A stretch of 38,555 nucleotides of DNA from Octopus bimaculoides (Eukaryota), in NCBI RefSeq assembly GCF_001194135.2, contig NC_068988.1:31766618-31805172 (forward strand), given 5' to 3'. Below are positions 37,561-38,555 of the stretch, one piece after another (the first letter of the stretch is position 1; each line of letters opens with the position of its first letter). The notes below the pieces were generated by a model. That model ran no database searches. It had not been told where the DNA came from and saw only the letters and a program-made list of their open reading frames with translations. Made by a program: the position numbers and the translations under genes.

Positions 37561-38141
37561 TTTTTCAAAAAAAAAAAAAAGAATATTAGCAAACGCCATA
37601 AATTTGATTAAAATATTGGGGCAAATATATTTTTTTAATGTATGGAAATGTGGAAAGATATTCATAAAAAAACACATAACTGTTACTTCATTTTGAAGAA
37701 TTTTAAAGATAAATCATGAAAATAAATTACAGAAGCTAAAATAACTATTTAAATATTTCCAAATCTGTAAACAACATATCTTTCTTACTTTTGGAATTCA
37801 ACGTATCTATATAAACTTGTTATTACTTTGCAAATAGAAGTCTCGATTTGTTAATATTTTTGGAGTATACTTCGACAAATATTGATTTCTAACAACATAT
37901 ACAATACTACATATTTTGGGGATGGACACATTCAAATAATCAATTCCAATGTTTACATGCACAGTGCACAGGCAAAAGTGGATAAGGCAGCTAGGTTTGA
38001 GAATGGACCGAAACACTGTTTATTGTGTATTGCAATAAATTCTGTATTGTTCACTGTCCTCTTTGAAAACAAGCAACTGACTTTGCTTCTCTCAGCTTCC
38101 CGCTTTTAGTTTTCCCCTTATCTTGCCTGTCCTCCTCCTCC

Positions 38142-38190
<49 letters not shown>

Positions 38191-38191
<1 letters not shown>

Positions 38192-38327
38192 GTTCAGTAG
38201 TTTTATTTTTATAACGTGCTTTCACTTCACTACCGAGCGCAGCTCTGTGCGCCTTGGGTATGTGATGTGGTTTGCTGTGTTGCTCTTATGTTTACTGTAT
38301 TGAAAGTGTTTTGCGTAGAATGTGTGC

Positions 38328-38330
<3 letters not shown>
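38191..38330 (-). mobile_element. 140-bp 3'-terminal fragment of the same Dong-like family as copy B
   Basis: Reverse complement matches 23860-23999 with three substitutions. Flanked by (TTA)n at 38141-38190 and 38331-38398. Confidence 0.95.
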
Positions 38331-38399
<69 letters not shown>

Positions 38400-38435
38400 T
38401 TTTATTTTTTTTTATTTTTTATTTTCTACCCATCT

Positions 38436-38490
38436 CTTCTTCTTCTTCTTCTTCTTCTTCTTCTTCTTCTTCTTCTTCTTCTTCTTCTTC
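38436..38490. repeat. (CTT)n microsatellite
   Basis: Seen directly. Confidence 0.95.
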
Positions 38491-38555
38491 GTCGACATCG
38501 TCGTCGTCTTTTTTTTCTCTTTTTATAAAGAGAAATACTCACTGTATGAAATATT

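Overview
AT-rich animal genomic DNA dominated by microsatellites and decayed transposons, with five assembly gaps. The SINE families and repeat style suggest a cephalopod, probably Octopus (inference). No host protein-coding gene is confidently identified, and no long ORF in the track is a supported host coding region. Supported content: six R4/Dong-type non-LTR retrotransposon fragments, most embedded in (TAA)n tracts; three decayed IS630-Tc1-mariner transposons (DD37D, DD34D and a Tc1-like remnant); six SINE copies from two tRNA-derived families; and a diverged LTR-like direct-repeat pair. The observations most worth follow-up are a type I hammerhead-ribozyme-like fold at 36287-36353, the LTR-bounded element with no recognisable gag/pol at 5250-7624, and the head-to-tail pile-up of Dong-like LINEs in TAA microsatellites. 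All family assignments are by-eye motif recognition; no searches were run.
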